From NCBI RefSeq assembly GCF_964204645.1, contig NC_134033.1, positions 15,756,655-15,820,654 of the forward strand: a stretch of DNA of 64,000 nt, in the 5' to 3' direction. Source of the stretch: Tubulanus polymorphus. Lineage: Eukaryota > Animalia > Nemertea. Positions 1-13,100 of the stretch are shown here, in pieces (position 1 is the first letter of the stretch; each line of letters begins with the position of its first letter). The notes under the pieces were generated by a model. That model saw nothing but the letters and a program-made list of their open reading frames with translations. It did no database searches and was not told the origin of the DNA. Position numbers and translations under genes: made by a program.

Positions 1-1369
1 TACGGATGACTGCGCCAGAAAATGCTGTCCGTTATAATCGATAGTTTTAGAACTTCGTTCGCGCGACTAGATAACGACTAATATCTATATAATACTCATT
101 AATAGTTTACGGCGAAATGTTTTTGGTTGTGTACAAAATTCCGTTTGACGAAGCGACGCTTTTGATTTTAACGGGACCGGAATAATACACCAATTGTCTT
201 TCACCAGCGCCGACTCGCAACGTCTGTCGACGTTACACTTGAAAACGCAGTCGTCACCTTTTTACTTCTTACAAATATATTCTATTTGTCTATTTATTAT
301 TCAATTGCTTATTCATTTATGTGTCTATTACATTTCATTCTCGTTTTTTGTTATCGGTAGTAGTGAATCATTTTGTTTTTGCGAATACATTTGAACCTCT
401 ATATTTATGCATCTATAGTGTGTACAGTGGTGGTTGTGGAAGCATTTTGACATTTGTAAATATAATATAATAATCATTGCATGCATTGGACATTAGAATA
501 CATGGCTGCGCCGGTCACTGAGTCGTTTGTCTCGCATGGCGGGAGTACGCGTGATAATCAGAGGCTTTCGACTCGCACCGGGGGCTAAACGCTAATAATA
601 CTTCATGAAATCTAAGTTCGATATGATTCGAAAGAATATTGCTCATTCACATTTCGAAATTGATCGTTTTTTCCAGATGTCAGAATAAGAGCTATGTTTT
701 ATTCTTATTTTCATCATTTTAGGTCCGCAATAAAATCCAATTTTCGAGAGAATCAAAAAAGACGTCACAAACTTTTTTCGTTGTTGGATAATTTTTGCTT
801 TTCTAAATGTAATTCAGAGATACATAATAAAAACTAGATGATATTCATAGACTGTGTATAATATTTATCTTGAATTGTTTTGTGTTCGAGACATAATTCA
901 ATCATCTTTTCGACCGTGCACCACTCATAAATGCTGGTGGATCCGGACTCCGAGTAAAGCTCTGGTCTGTTTTTGTCCTACAATGTATAATCTACCGGTA
1001 ATGTTCTTTTGTAACTGCAGATTTTAACAAATCGATATAAATGCGCAGAAGGCTATAAGAACTCTTTCCATTTCTGTAACTAAACCCTTGGAGTAATCAT
1101 ATTGTCAAATGATTCATAACCATGAGTGTTAATTTCTCCTCGAGAGTAAAATACAGTATTGGATCTTGGGTCATTTACTGTAACGAGGTAGCAAGTGATT
1201 ATGGGGCGAATCGGGCCGATTATTGGTTGTCGTCACACGAATCAAGACCCGCGATAATCTCCGGTAATCCGAGCTACAGTAAAAATCATCTTTAACCCGA
1301 TTTGTTTCGTAAATAAATTCGATCCGATCGTAAATAAGATATAGATTTCATTTGCACAACGCCGTGAGG

Positions 1370-4300
1370 CTATTTGTTTGGTTTTCTGCGTTTATTTCGA
1401 GCTCGTATGGATTTCATATCGATTGTTAGAATAGTATAAAGAAGTGGGTTCAGAGTTGAGTTTATCGGTAAGAAAAGAACGGCCAGCCAAGCGGCGACCT
1501 GGTTCGGTATCTCGACCAAAAATACGGCGCACAACTGAACGATTATTAACGGTAACCAGCAAAATAAATTACACAAATTGATGACTAAACTGCGTCGAGC
1601 TAGAACGAGTTCTGTAGGATCAGCTCTACCCGAACCGGACCTGCTTCCGGATACATACTTGTACATCTGAGCGTACGACATCATTATCAGAGTGAGAATA
1701 ATCGCGTTTAATACAGCGAATATAGCGAACGAATATTGCCAACCATTGACATCTATAGATATTAAATTCATAGGTAAACAGATACCCGTGCTACCGTAAA
1801 AATTATCACCGAAATAAGATGAACGGGACAGCGGCAGAAAGGCGATGAAACTCAGAAATATCCAGCATAAACAAGACAGAATCATAATAATATTTGAGGA
1901 TAAAACTGGGTTACCAGAAAATGGATCGACGATATTCGAATATCTGAAACGCGTGAGGAGAAAGAGAAATGTTAAAGAACCTTCACAAGATATCGTCACC
2001 ACAATTCCTGCAACGCTGCATAATGAACTGCGAGTCCAAGTTTCAGAATACAGAAAATAAACACCTTTATAAACGTGATCAGTTCCAGCGATCAGAAACA
2101 GATAAACAGACATCAGCAAATCACAAAGCGCGATATTAATGATGAGGATATCTGAAGATTTATTTCGCGTTTCTGATGAAATTCGAATCGACCTAAAACG
2201 AAATAGAATAACGATAATATTGGAAACGAAAGTAAAGCAAGCGATGATCCAGATAACAGCTCTGAGAACAGTGTTCTCAATGAGGTCTGAACACGATGAG
2301 AATTGATCAGGATCCGGGAGACACCGGTCAATATTCGGCGCCATACAACAGAATTTATACGCGTCCGAAGCGAGAAAATATAAAGACGTCAAATTATCGA
2401 AGATATTATTTTTCACAGAAATTATCCGTGAGTTGTTGGTGATATCTAGAACTCCCAGTGAACTCAACCCAGAAAACGCGTATCTGGATATTGATATGAC
2501 TGCGTTACTGCTGATATTCAAATATTTCAGCGCTGGTAAACCTCGGAATACGTTACGAGTAAGAACCGATATAGAGAGACCGTGCAGATCCATAACCGGA
2601 AGTGACGACAAACCGTTGAAGCTTCCATCTTCCAAATATCTCAGCGGATTTCCAGCGAGTAAAAGTTGTTTTAAATTGTTTAAACCAGTGAATGTATCAG
2701 CGTGTAGTGATACTAGGTGATTATACGACAGATCTAATATATTTAGATTGCGTAGATTAGAAAACGCGTTGGAGACAATATCAGATAAATCATTACGGGA
2801 AATATTGAGTATAAAAAGGTATAAAAATGGAGAAAATGTCGATTCATTGAATCTAACTCGGTTATTCGATAAAATCAGAACGCGAGTCGACGCCGCAAAA
2901 ATTCCAGAAATATCTGATAATAAAGCGTTTTCACAATCAATCAAACGACCTTGACATTTACAGTAGTTAGGACACGTGACATCGCAGAAAGCCTCGTCAT
3001 CCGAGTTGTGTTTACAATTAACGACGCCATCGCAAACTTCCGACTGAGGAATACATCTATTTTCATCGCCGCATTTAAACATTCCCGGACACGAAAACGT
3101 TTTACAATTGAATTCATCTTCTGAATGAGGACAATCTGATCGACCATCGCACACGTGTCTAATCGGTATACAGTAAGACGATGGACATTTCACTGTACCA
3201 GCTGCACATTCAAACTCATTACAATTCAGTAAATGTTCGAGTCTTCTACAAACAGGAAAACCTGTTGACATTCTTTCTAAAATACATCTATCTCTTCTCG
3301 CGTAACAATGAGGAGAATTGAATGAACATCTTTGTTTATCCGATTCTGTACAGAGTGAAGTGAAATTGGTCGTGCAGTAGTTCTCTGTAGTGCAGTGAAT
3401 TTGTGGTTTAATCGTTATGTTTGTTGGCACTATTTCATCTTCTTCGAGGTCCCCGCCACAATCTACAACACCATCCCGATACAACAGAGAACTGATACAT
3501 TCACCATTTACACACAAAAACCCGTTACATTCGTCGGAAGAGCAGCCTATTTCGTCGGATTTATCTTTACAATCAACCAGTCCATCACATCGTTTATATT
3601 TACCCACACATTGTCCGTTTTTACACTTAAACTGTTCTGAGGAACATAAAGTATGATAGCACGAGTTCTCATCTGATCCGTCAGCGCAATCTCGTACAAA
3701 ATCACACACATTACTCACTGATATAACTCGTCCATCCGAACACTGGAACTGACTGTCTAAGTTTGAACCCGAACAATCGAGTTCATCTTCACCGTGTTGA
3801 CAGTCGTTTCTATTGTCACATTCGCGATGGTCGCTGATACATCTTTGATCGTTACATTGAAACTGCCACGATTTACATCCGCTTATAGAAGCTAACTCTT
3901 CACCAGTTACATCATAGGAACATAGCATGGAATGCGCTACATCTGTGATATCATCGAAGGCAATCACTGACCATTTCACTGTTTTAATATACGTTATCCA
4001 ATCTCTGATTACAACTGGTTTTATTGTCACAATTCTTCCGCTTGTACGATTAGTCAGTATAGCGCCATATTGATGCTGATAGTGGAAAACATTTATCAAA
4101 TTCTGAATATCAATATTAGATGTTATTATACCTATGTCACCTCCGATTGTAAGACACATTTCTTTGGCTGTCTGGATTGTTAAACTTTTAGTATGGAGCG
4201 TTTTCCAGGCTGTAAGTATCTGATAGCAATGCGCTTCTATATGAATCCATCCTCTTAGACACGTGGAGTTAAATCGTTCAAAGTTGTTGCGTGTTATTTC

Positions 4301-7300
4301 AGTTGTATCGTTTTGGGAAGATGAATTAAAGTCGTTTCTCTCTGTTTCACAAATGAATGTTGTATGCGTTTGTATAATTTGACACGGGAATCGAACCCAG
4401 TTCGCTGATCCTCGTGGATTATTCAGTATCATCGCTGTACACGGCATATTGACGTCATTTATCGGTTGTTTTAGTTGGGGAGATATCAATCCTAGAATAA
4501 CATCTGGTATTGTTTCATTAACAGCAGGTTTAAACCACTCTGTGTAACTCAACGGTTTCCCATCAGACCACGAGTAATAACCACTGGACTCCTTTAAAAA
4601 CAAACAAACACGTGTTATACATTATTGAATATTTTTTTTTAGATTGTTCTATTATTTTAGAAATAACTCAATATCTCAACACGTGGTGATAAACTTATCA
4701 AAATTTCCAAATGTTTGTGATAAAATAAATTGCATGTTACCTGCCATTTCAATCCAATCATCACAATAAGTCCTGCTTGTGAATATGCCTCATGAAGCAG
4801 TTTTGTAGCGAACAGCTTTTTTACGGCCATCATTTCTTGTTGAGAGTTGATACTGAGAAGATGTCCTCCATATCTCTGTTGACAGTAAATTTCAGCGTTC
4901 TCCCAATTCAGACGTTTATGTTTGATGTATCTAATACACGAAACACCAGAATCTAGAAAATCTGATCGGCAGCCATTTATTCGATGTTTCAATAAAGGAG
5001 ATTTTTCTAAAGTGTATTGAATTTGAAATATTGGCATGAACTCTGACAGCTCGAAATACAAGTCATACCCGAGTAGACTGTACAATACAAGTCCGGCTAC
5101 TGCGTTATTTTCACATATTTTTGTTATATGACGGGTTTCTGTAAACGCGGAAAATAAATCGTTTGGATCGTCAAATATTTTGAAAATTTGTGTCAGTAAT
5201 ATTGATTCCCTGGTGTGGTAATCCGTAGATGTAGAGCATGATGTTTGTCCGATAAATTTAAACAGGAATCTGATGTAATAATTTATATTTATGTCGGATG
5301 AAAAAGAAAAAATATAGAATAATTGTGCAGTATAGGTAGTTAATCCAGGGAAGTCCGGTGACTGCACGAGTCCACAATGAATCTTATTTCTCGTGTTCCC
5401 TCCCATAAAACCTGGATTGCGTTGACTCAGTTTTAGTTTCTGACATTTACGTCGTAATACAATCATTAGTGGTAACCTCCAGAATTCATATTTAGTGCGT
5501 AATAATTTCACATGGTTTGATACGAGACTGGTATTTAACACGTGACTATTGAGACTTATCACTGAACAGGGATTCCTAGCTCCACGATAACATCTGTCAA
5601 TTTGATATTCATGTTCTGATAATACATCTATGTTTTCTATCGGTTGGCGTCGATTTTCAGGTGTAATCACGAGACAATGTGACGTCATAGTGAGCTGACG
5701 TTCTCCCTCCCGTAGAACATACCCGTCACAGTCGGTAGCAGCAAACACGAGGTCACCAGTTGTTACTAGTATATCATGCCAGTTGTAAGCGTATGTTACT
5801 ACAGTAACCGGTCCTCCTGATGTAATCAGACTCGGAACAGATCGACCATTGTTTCCCAGACCATCAGGACAATACGGACCATAGCGTCTAGCTGTAAAAT
5901 TTGCACCATCATATATATAAAATCCAGCTCTCTCACAATTCTCTGATAAAACTGTTAGTTTTAATCTATAATTTGATCGTATATCCTCATAGATGTCGAC
6001 TTTCGAGCTGAGTGCAAATCTACTGATACGATATTGTAACTTCCATTTCGAATATCTGGGGAACAGATTAGAATGTGACACTCTCCGATAGTATGGTACC
6101 TACAAAAGATGCAAACATGAAGTAGATCATCAGCATCCAATGAAATATTTCATGCCTTATTTATATTTACCATTCCACAGCAAAATATTGCCACTTGACC
6201 ATTCTAAACGAATTATGTTCGAAAGAAAGTTGGTAGCTCGAGTCAAATTTAAAAGTTTTAAACATTTCGTCATTGTCATTGAGAAAAAAACCCACAAAAA
6301 ACTGTCGACATATTTTCGTGCTGTTTTACTCACTCCTTTATTTTCTACTTTGACGTCTGTTTCCTTCAATGATTCTATTTTGTAGTCGATCAATGTTGAA
6401 TTTCTAAACGATTTCCCGACAAAATTCTCTGATAACAGTAAACACAATATCACGAGAAATCCGTCAGATTTTACGCTTAAAGATTCCAGGTAGTTTTTAC
6501 CGAGTAAAATATCAGTTCCGACAACCGTTAAACCTTCCAGTTTATAAACACCGATGACGTCACCGGAAGTGACGAGATCACGTGTCCAGTTGAAGACGAC
6601 GTACTGCAGTATTTCAGCTATGATAGACCAGCAGTATAAGCGTTTAGACCGAGTTATTACGTGCGGCCTATCACCAGGTATGAGCACTCCGGATTTGTTT
6701 TTATAGATCGGAATCGATGGATTAGAAATATTCCAATCTGATATTCTATACATTTTAACGAATAGATTAGTTTTGAGTGATAATCGGACCTGTTTCATTG
6801 AAAAAGTGACGATAGCTTTGTTAGTTTTCGTGTAAATAGAGATGGGCGGATGTCCGGTTTGTTCCCGTATATTCATTATAGGTTCACTTGTGTTCCATCC
6901 GTCATAAATCTGAACGGTCACATATAAACCTGCTTGTTTGATTCTAAAATCTATTTTCTCAAAAGTTAAATTCATACCGAAACCCTTTGGTATCCCGGAC
7001 CACTCCAGCTGGAGGAGACGACAAGTTAACATGTAGATGGCAAATTTGTAACCAGTTTTAATAGTTTGTAATTGTTTTATATATTTTGAGGAACAGTCGT
7101 GAACAGTTTTCAGATGTTTTTCCTCCAAACGATAAAATACATAAACGCGACTTCCTTTCACAACATCATTTACATCACTCTTGAACATCAACGATAATGA
7201 ATTACTGCGGTAAATATCTAATCGTTTTCCATCACCGCACAGTAAGTTATCAGAATCGCTGATGTGAAGATAGTTATCTCTACAGAATATAGACGGCTCG

Positions 7301-7557
7301 ATGTCGTAGTAAACTTGGACGCGAAAGGTACCCGGTAAAGAGCTGTTGATGAACCAATAACATTCAACACCGCGCGTAAACGACGGATAATTCGGTGAAA
7401 CGATGTAACCGGACGTAGAATCGAGTGAAAACCACGTATTGTTACACCGTGAACTGACAGTTACAGACGGTTGATCGGTAGAGATCCGATCAGTCGTCTG
7501 AACCGACGACAGTTTCATTAGTAGAATGAGTAATAACGTTAAGAGACTGCGCGTCAT
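1370..7557 (-). CDS. GRL101-like (LDLa-LRR) G protein-coupled receptor with N-terminal CUB and C-type lectin domains, copy 1; exons 7557-6334, 6099-4741, 4591-1370 (~1934 aa)
   Basis: Three long ORFs joined by phase-0 GT-AG introns (GGA|gtgagt...tgtag|GTA; CAG|gtaaca...taaag|GAG). The second splice rebuilds a C-type lectin motif (MIGLKWQ/ESSGYYSWSDGKPLSYTEW). Also present: signal peptide, CUB motif (GYIVSPNYPS...C.W.I), about 6 LDLa repeats (CDG..DC.D.SDE), about 7 LRRs, and a 7TM region with NPLLY. Confidence 0.9.
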
Positions 7558-8180
7558 GTTGACATTCTCCTCGATCAGTTTAACTCTAACTACAGCGAAT
7601 AGATTTTAATCCAATTAATGTTGGGCGTTTCCCAGTGAATATGGATAGAGCTTGATGAGACTGACTCGGACTACACGGCGACCGTAAAAAGAAATTCAAT
7701 AATCTACGAAACCGAATTAATGATTAACGAGATTTAAACGAGGTGTAAAAATATAATTCGATATCTAATGCCGAGTCAGTTCTATATACATACCATTTTT
7801 CAATGTTATTTCAAAACTCTAAATACGTTCTATTTCGAATACTGTCTCTGCCTTGACGTAAGGTGCTGCCGCAATACTCCTTGTAAGTGGGTTTTCTAGA
7901 TACTGACTTAAGTCGACTCTGGCCATCGACGTGTTGAGGAGCATGTGGCGATTACCAGAGGTGATTCATATTTTTTTAAATCTTAGAATAGGTATTAACC
8001 CTGTTATCTATTTGATTCGTAAAGATTTACAATAATCTTATTGTGAATAGTTTTATTTCTTATTCATATGTCAACCTGGAAGCGGAGACAAAGTACAAAA
8101 GATAAAGAGTGAATAAAAGTGACAGTGATTAATAGTGAATATATCATCATATTACATAATATTTCCATCAATCACGAACC

Positions 8181-8306
8181 CTGGGTTCTTGTAGATCAGA
8201 TAATTCAAAATTTCCTGATAGTAATCTGATATTCCCTGACAGATTTTCAAGAAAACTGTTCCGGAATCCGGAATTCGCTGATTTCCCTGATCTGTACATG
8301 AACCCT
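8181..8306. mobile_element. Short MITE-like element
   Basis: Imperfect terminal inverted repeats ctgggttcttgtagatcag / ctgatctgtacatgaaccctg. Confidence 0.45.
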
Positions 8307-8608
8307 GTAAATCATTGTGCTGATTACTTTCCCAGTCTTGTATCGGTTCACTAAACTTTAAAATCAAAAACAAAGTTTCCGAATATTTCAGTGCGGCTTG
8401 TTACTTCGGTAAATATTCATTATCTTCTCGTGGGTAGAAAATAGAGTGCGTTTGCATCGCGGATTAAGGGATCACCGGGATAATTCTCAGATACCAACCG
8501 AAGATGGAGCGACGATGGGTTGTCAGTCATAACGAATAGGGGCACGTGATAATCAGAGATAATCGGATCCGTTGTAAGCGCAGTCTTGTGCAGTACGCAG
8601 TTCTGTAA

Positions 8609-8762
8609 GGTGCTGCCGCTATGCTCGTCGTTAGCGGATTTTCCAGACACTAATCTGAGCCACATCTGGCAACCAACGTGCAGAAGAACAAGTGTCGGTT
8701 GCCAGAGCCGGCTCGTATTAGTGTGTGAAATATCCGCTAACGACGAGCCTAGCGGCAGCACC
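8609..8762. mobile_element. Palindromic MITE-like element (GGTGCTGCCGCTATGCTC family)
   Basis: Long inverted repeat ggtgctgccgctatgctcgtcgttagcgga...tccgctaacgacgagcctagcggcagcacc. Relatives at ~7860-7970, ~16575-16713 and 48786-49027. Confidence 0.8.
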
Positions 8763-10148
8763 TCACGGAACATCGTTACTACGAATGACTGCGCCAGAAA
8801 ATGCTGTCCGTTATAATCGATAGTTTTAGAACGTCGTTTCCGCGACTAGATAACGACTAATATCTATATAATACTCATTAATAGTTTACGGCGAAATGTT
8901 TTTGGTTGTGTACAAAATTCCGTTTGACGAAGCGACGCTTTTGATTTTAACGGGACCGGAATAATACACCAATTGTCTTTCACCAGCGCCGACTCGCAAC
9001 GTCTGTCGACGTTACACTTGAAAACGCAGTCGTCACCTTTTTACTTCTTACAAATATATTCTATTTGTCTATTTATTATTCAATTGCTTATTCATTTATG
9101 TATCTATTACATTTCATTCTCGTTTTTTGTTATCGGTAGTAGTGAATCATTTTGTTTTTGCGTATACATTTGAACCTCTATATTTATGCATCTATAGTGT
9201 GTACAGTGGTGGTTGTGGAAGCATTTTGACATTTGTAAATATAGTATAATAATCGTTGCATGCATTGGACATTAGAATACATGACTGCGCCGGTCACTGA
9301 GTCGTTTGTCTCGCATGGCGGGAGTACGCGTGATAATCAGAGGCTTTCGACTCGCACCGGGGGCTAAACGCTAATAATACTTCATGAAATCTAAGTTCGA
9401 TATGATTCGAAAGAATATTGCCCATTCACATTTCGAAATTGATCGTTTTTTCCAGATGTCAGAATAAGAGCTATGTTTTATTCTTATTTTCATCATTTTA
9501 GGTCTGCAATAAAATCCAATTTTCGAGAGAATCAAAAAAGACGTCACAAACTTTTTTCGTTGTTGGATAATTTTTGCTTTTCTAAATGTTATTCAGATAT
9601 ACATAATAAAAACTAGATGATATTCATAGACTGCGTATAATATTTATCTTGAATTGTTTTGTGTTCGAGACATAATTCAATCATCTTTTCGACCGTGCAC
9701 CACTCATAAATGCTGGTGGATCCGGACTCCGAGTAAAGCTCTGGTCTGTTTTGGTCCTACAATGTATAATCTACCGGTACTGTTCTTTTGTAACTGCAGA
9801 TTTTAACAAATCGATATAAATGCGCAGAAGGCTATAAGAACTCTTTCCATTTCTGTAACTAAACCCTTGGAGTAATCATATTGTCAAATGATTCATAACC
9901 ATGAGTGTTAATTTCTCCTCGAGAGTAAAATACAGTATTGGATCTTGGGTCATTTTCTGTAACGAGGTAGCAAGTGATAATCGTGCGAATTGGGCCGATT
10001 ATTGGTTGTCGTCACACGAATCAAGACCCGCGAAAATCTCCGGTAATCCGAGCTACAGTAAAAATCATCTTTAACCCGATTTATTTCGTAAATAAATTCG
10101 ATCCGATCGTAAATAAGATATAGATTTCATTTGCACAACGCCGTGAGG

Positions 10149-13100
10149 CTATTTGATTGGTTTTCTGCGTTTATTTCGAGCTCGTATGGATTTCATATCG
10201 ATAGTTAGAATAGTATAAAGAAGTGGGTTCAGAGTTGAGTTTATCGGTAAGAAAAGAACGGCCAGCCAAGCGGCAACCTGGTTCGGTATCTCGACCAAAA
10301 ATACGGCGCACAACTGAACGATTATTAACGGTAACCAGCAAAATAAATTACACAAATTGATGACTAAACTGCGTCGAGCTAGAACGAGTTCTGTAGGATC
10401 AGCTCTACCCGAACCGGACCTGCTTCCGGATACATACTTGTACATCTGCGCGTACGACATCATTATCAGAGTGAGAATGATCGCGTTTAATACAGCGAAT
10501 ATAGCGAACGAATATTGCCAACCATTGACATCTATAGATATTAAATTCATAGGTAAACAGATACCTGTGCTACCGTAAAAATTATCACCGAAATAAGACG
10601 ACCGAGACAGCGGCAGAAAGGCGATTAAACTCAGAAATATCCAGCATAAACAAGACAGAATCATAATAATATTTGAGGATAAAACCGGGTTACCGGAAAA
10701 TGGATCGACGATATTCGAATATCTGAAACGCGTGAGGAGAAAGAGAAATGTTAAAGAACCTTCACAAGATATCGTCACCACAATTCCGGCAACGCTGCAT
10801 AATGAACTGCGAGTCCAAGTTTCAGAATTCAGAAAATAAACACCTTTATAAACGTGATCAGTTCCTGCGATCAGAAACAGATAAACCGACATCAGGAAAT
10901 CACAAAGCGCGATATTGATGATGAGGATATCCGACGATTTATTTTGTGTTTCTGACGAAACTCGAATCGACCTAAAACGAAATAGAATAACGATAATATT
11001 GGAAACGAAAGTAAAACAAGCGATGATCCAGATAACAGCTGTGAGGACAGTGTTCTCAATGAGGTCTGAACACGATGAGAATTGATCAGGATCCGGGAGA
11101 CACCGGTCAATATTCGGCGCCATACAACAGAATTTATACGCGTCCGAAGCGAGAAAATATAAAGACGTCAAATTATTGAAGATATTATTTTTCACAGAAA
11201 TTATCCGTGAGTTGTTGGTGATATCTAGAACTCCCAGTGAACTCAACCCAGAAAACGCGTATCTGGATATTGATTCGATTACGTTACTGCTGATATTCAA
11301 ATATTTCAGCGCTGGTAAACCTCGGAATACGTTACGAGTAAGAACCGATATAGAGAGACCGTGCAGATCCATAACCGGAAGTGACGTCAAACCGTTGAAG
11401 CTTCCATCTTCCAAATATCTCAGCGGATTTCCAGCGAATAAAAGTTGTTTTAAATTGTTTAAACCAGTGAATGTATCGGCATGTAGTGATACTAGGTGAT
11501 TATAGGACAGATCTAATATATTTAGATTGCGTAGATTAGAAAACGCGTTGGAGACAATGTCAGATAAATCATTACGGGAAATATTTAGTATAAAAAGGTA
11601 TAAAAATGGAGAAAATGTCGATTCATTAAATCTAACTCGGTTATTCGATAAAATCAGAACGCGAGTCGACGCGGCAAAAATGTTAGAAATATCAGATAAA
11701 GAAGCGTTTTCACAATCAATCAAACGACCTTGACATTTACAGTAGTTAGGACACGTGACGTCGCAGAAAGCCTCGTCATCCGAGTTGTGTTTACAATTAA
11801 CGACGCCATCGCAAACTTCCGACTGAGGAATACATCTGTGTTCATCACCGCATTTAAACATTCCTGGACACGAAAACGTTTCACAATTGAATTCATCTTC
11901 TGAATGAGGACAATCTGATCGACCATCGCACACGTGTCTAATCGGTATACAGTAAGACGATGGACATTTCACTGTACCAGCTGGACATTCAAACTCATTA
12001 CAATTCAGTAAATGTTCGAGTCTTCTACAAACAGGAAAACCTGTCGGCATTCTTTCTAAAATACATCTATCTCCTCTCGCGTAACAATGAGGAGAATCGA
12101 ATGAACATCTTTGTTTATCCGATTCTGTACAGAGTGAAGTGAAATTGGTCGTGCAGTAGTTCTCTGTAGTGCAGTGAATTTGTGGTTTAATCGTTATGTC
12201 GGTTGTTACTATTTCATCTTCTTCGAGGTCCCCGCCACAATCTACAACACCATCCCGATACAACAGAGAACTGATACATTCACCATTTACACACAAAAAC
12301 CCGTTACATTCGTCGGAAGAGCAGACGATTTCATCGGATTTATCTTTACAATCAACCAGTCCATCACATCGTTTATATTTACCCACACATTGTCCGTTTT
12401 TACACTTGAACTGTTCAGAGGAACATAAAATATGATAGCACGAGTTCTCATCTGATCCGTCAGCGCAATCTCGTACAAAATCACATAAATTACTCACTGA
12501 TATAACTCGTCCATCTGAACAGTGGAACTGACTTTGTAAGTTTGAACCCGAACAATCGAGTTCATCTTCACCGTGTTGACAGTCGTTTTTAATGTCACAT
12601 ACGCGATGGTCGCTGATACATCTTTGATCGTTACATTGAAACTGCCACGATTTACATCCGCTTATAGAAGCTAACTCTTCACCACCAGTTACATTATAGG
12701 AACATAGCACAGAATTAACTACATCTGTCCCATTATCGAATGCAGTCACTGACCATATCACTGTTTTAATATACGTTATCCAATCTCTAATTACGACCGG
12801 TTTTATTGCCACAATTCTTCCGCTTGTATGATTAGTCAGTATAGCGCCATATTGATGCTGATAGTGGAAAACATTTATCAAATTCTGAATATCAATATTA
12901 GATGTTATTATACCTATGTCACCTCCGATTGTAAGACACATTTCTCTGGCTGTCTGGATTGTTAAACTTTTAGTGTTGGGCGTTTGCCAGGCTGTAAGTA
13001 TCTGATAGCATTGCGCTTCTATATGAATCCATCCTCTTAGACACGTGGAGTTAAATCGTTCAAAGTTGTTGCGTGTTATTTCAGTTGTATCGTTTTGTGA

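Noticed and set aside
4657-7557. Treating the 474-aa and 466-aa ORFs as separate genes, or the locus as a pseudogene
   Set aside because: Canonical phase-0 splice sites at the same positions in both paralogs join them, and one junction completes a lectin domain.
1845-12484. Small antisense and alternate-frame ORFs conserved between the two receptor copies
   Set aside because: Their conservation simply reflects the recent duplication.
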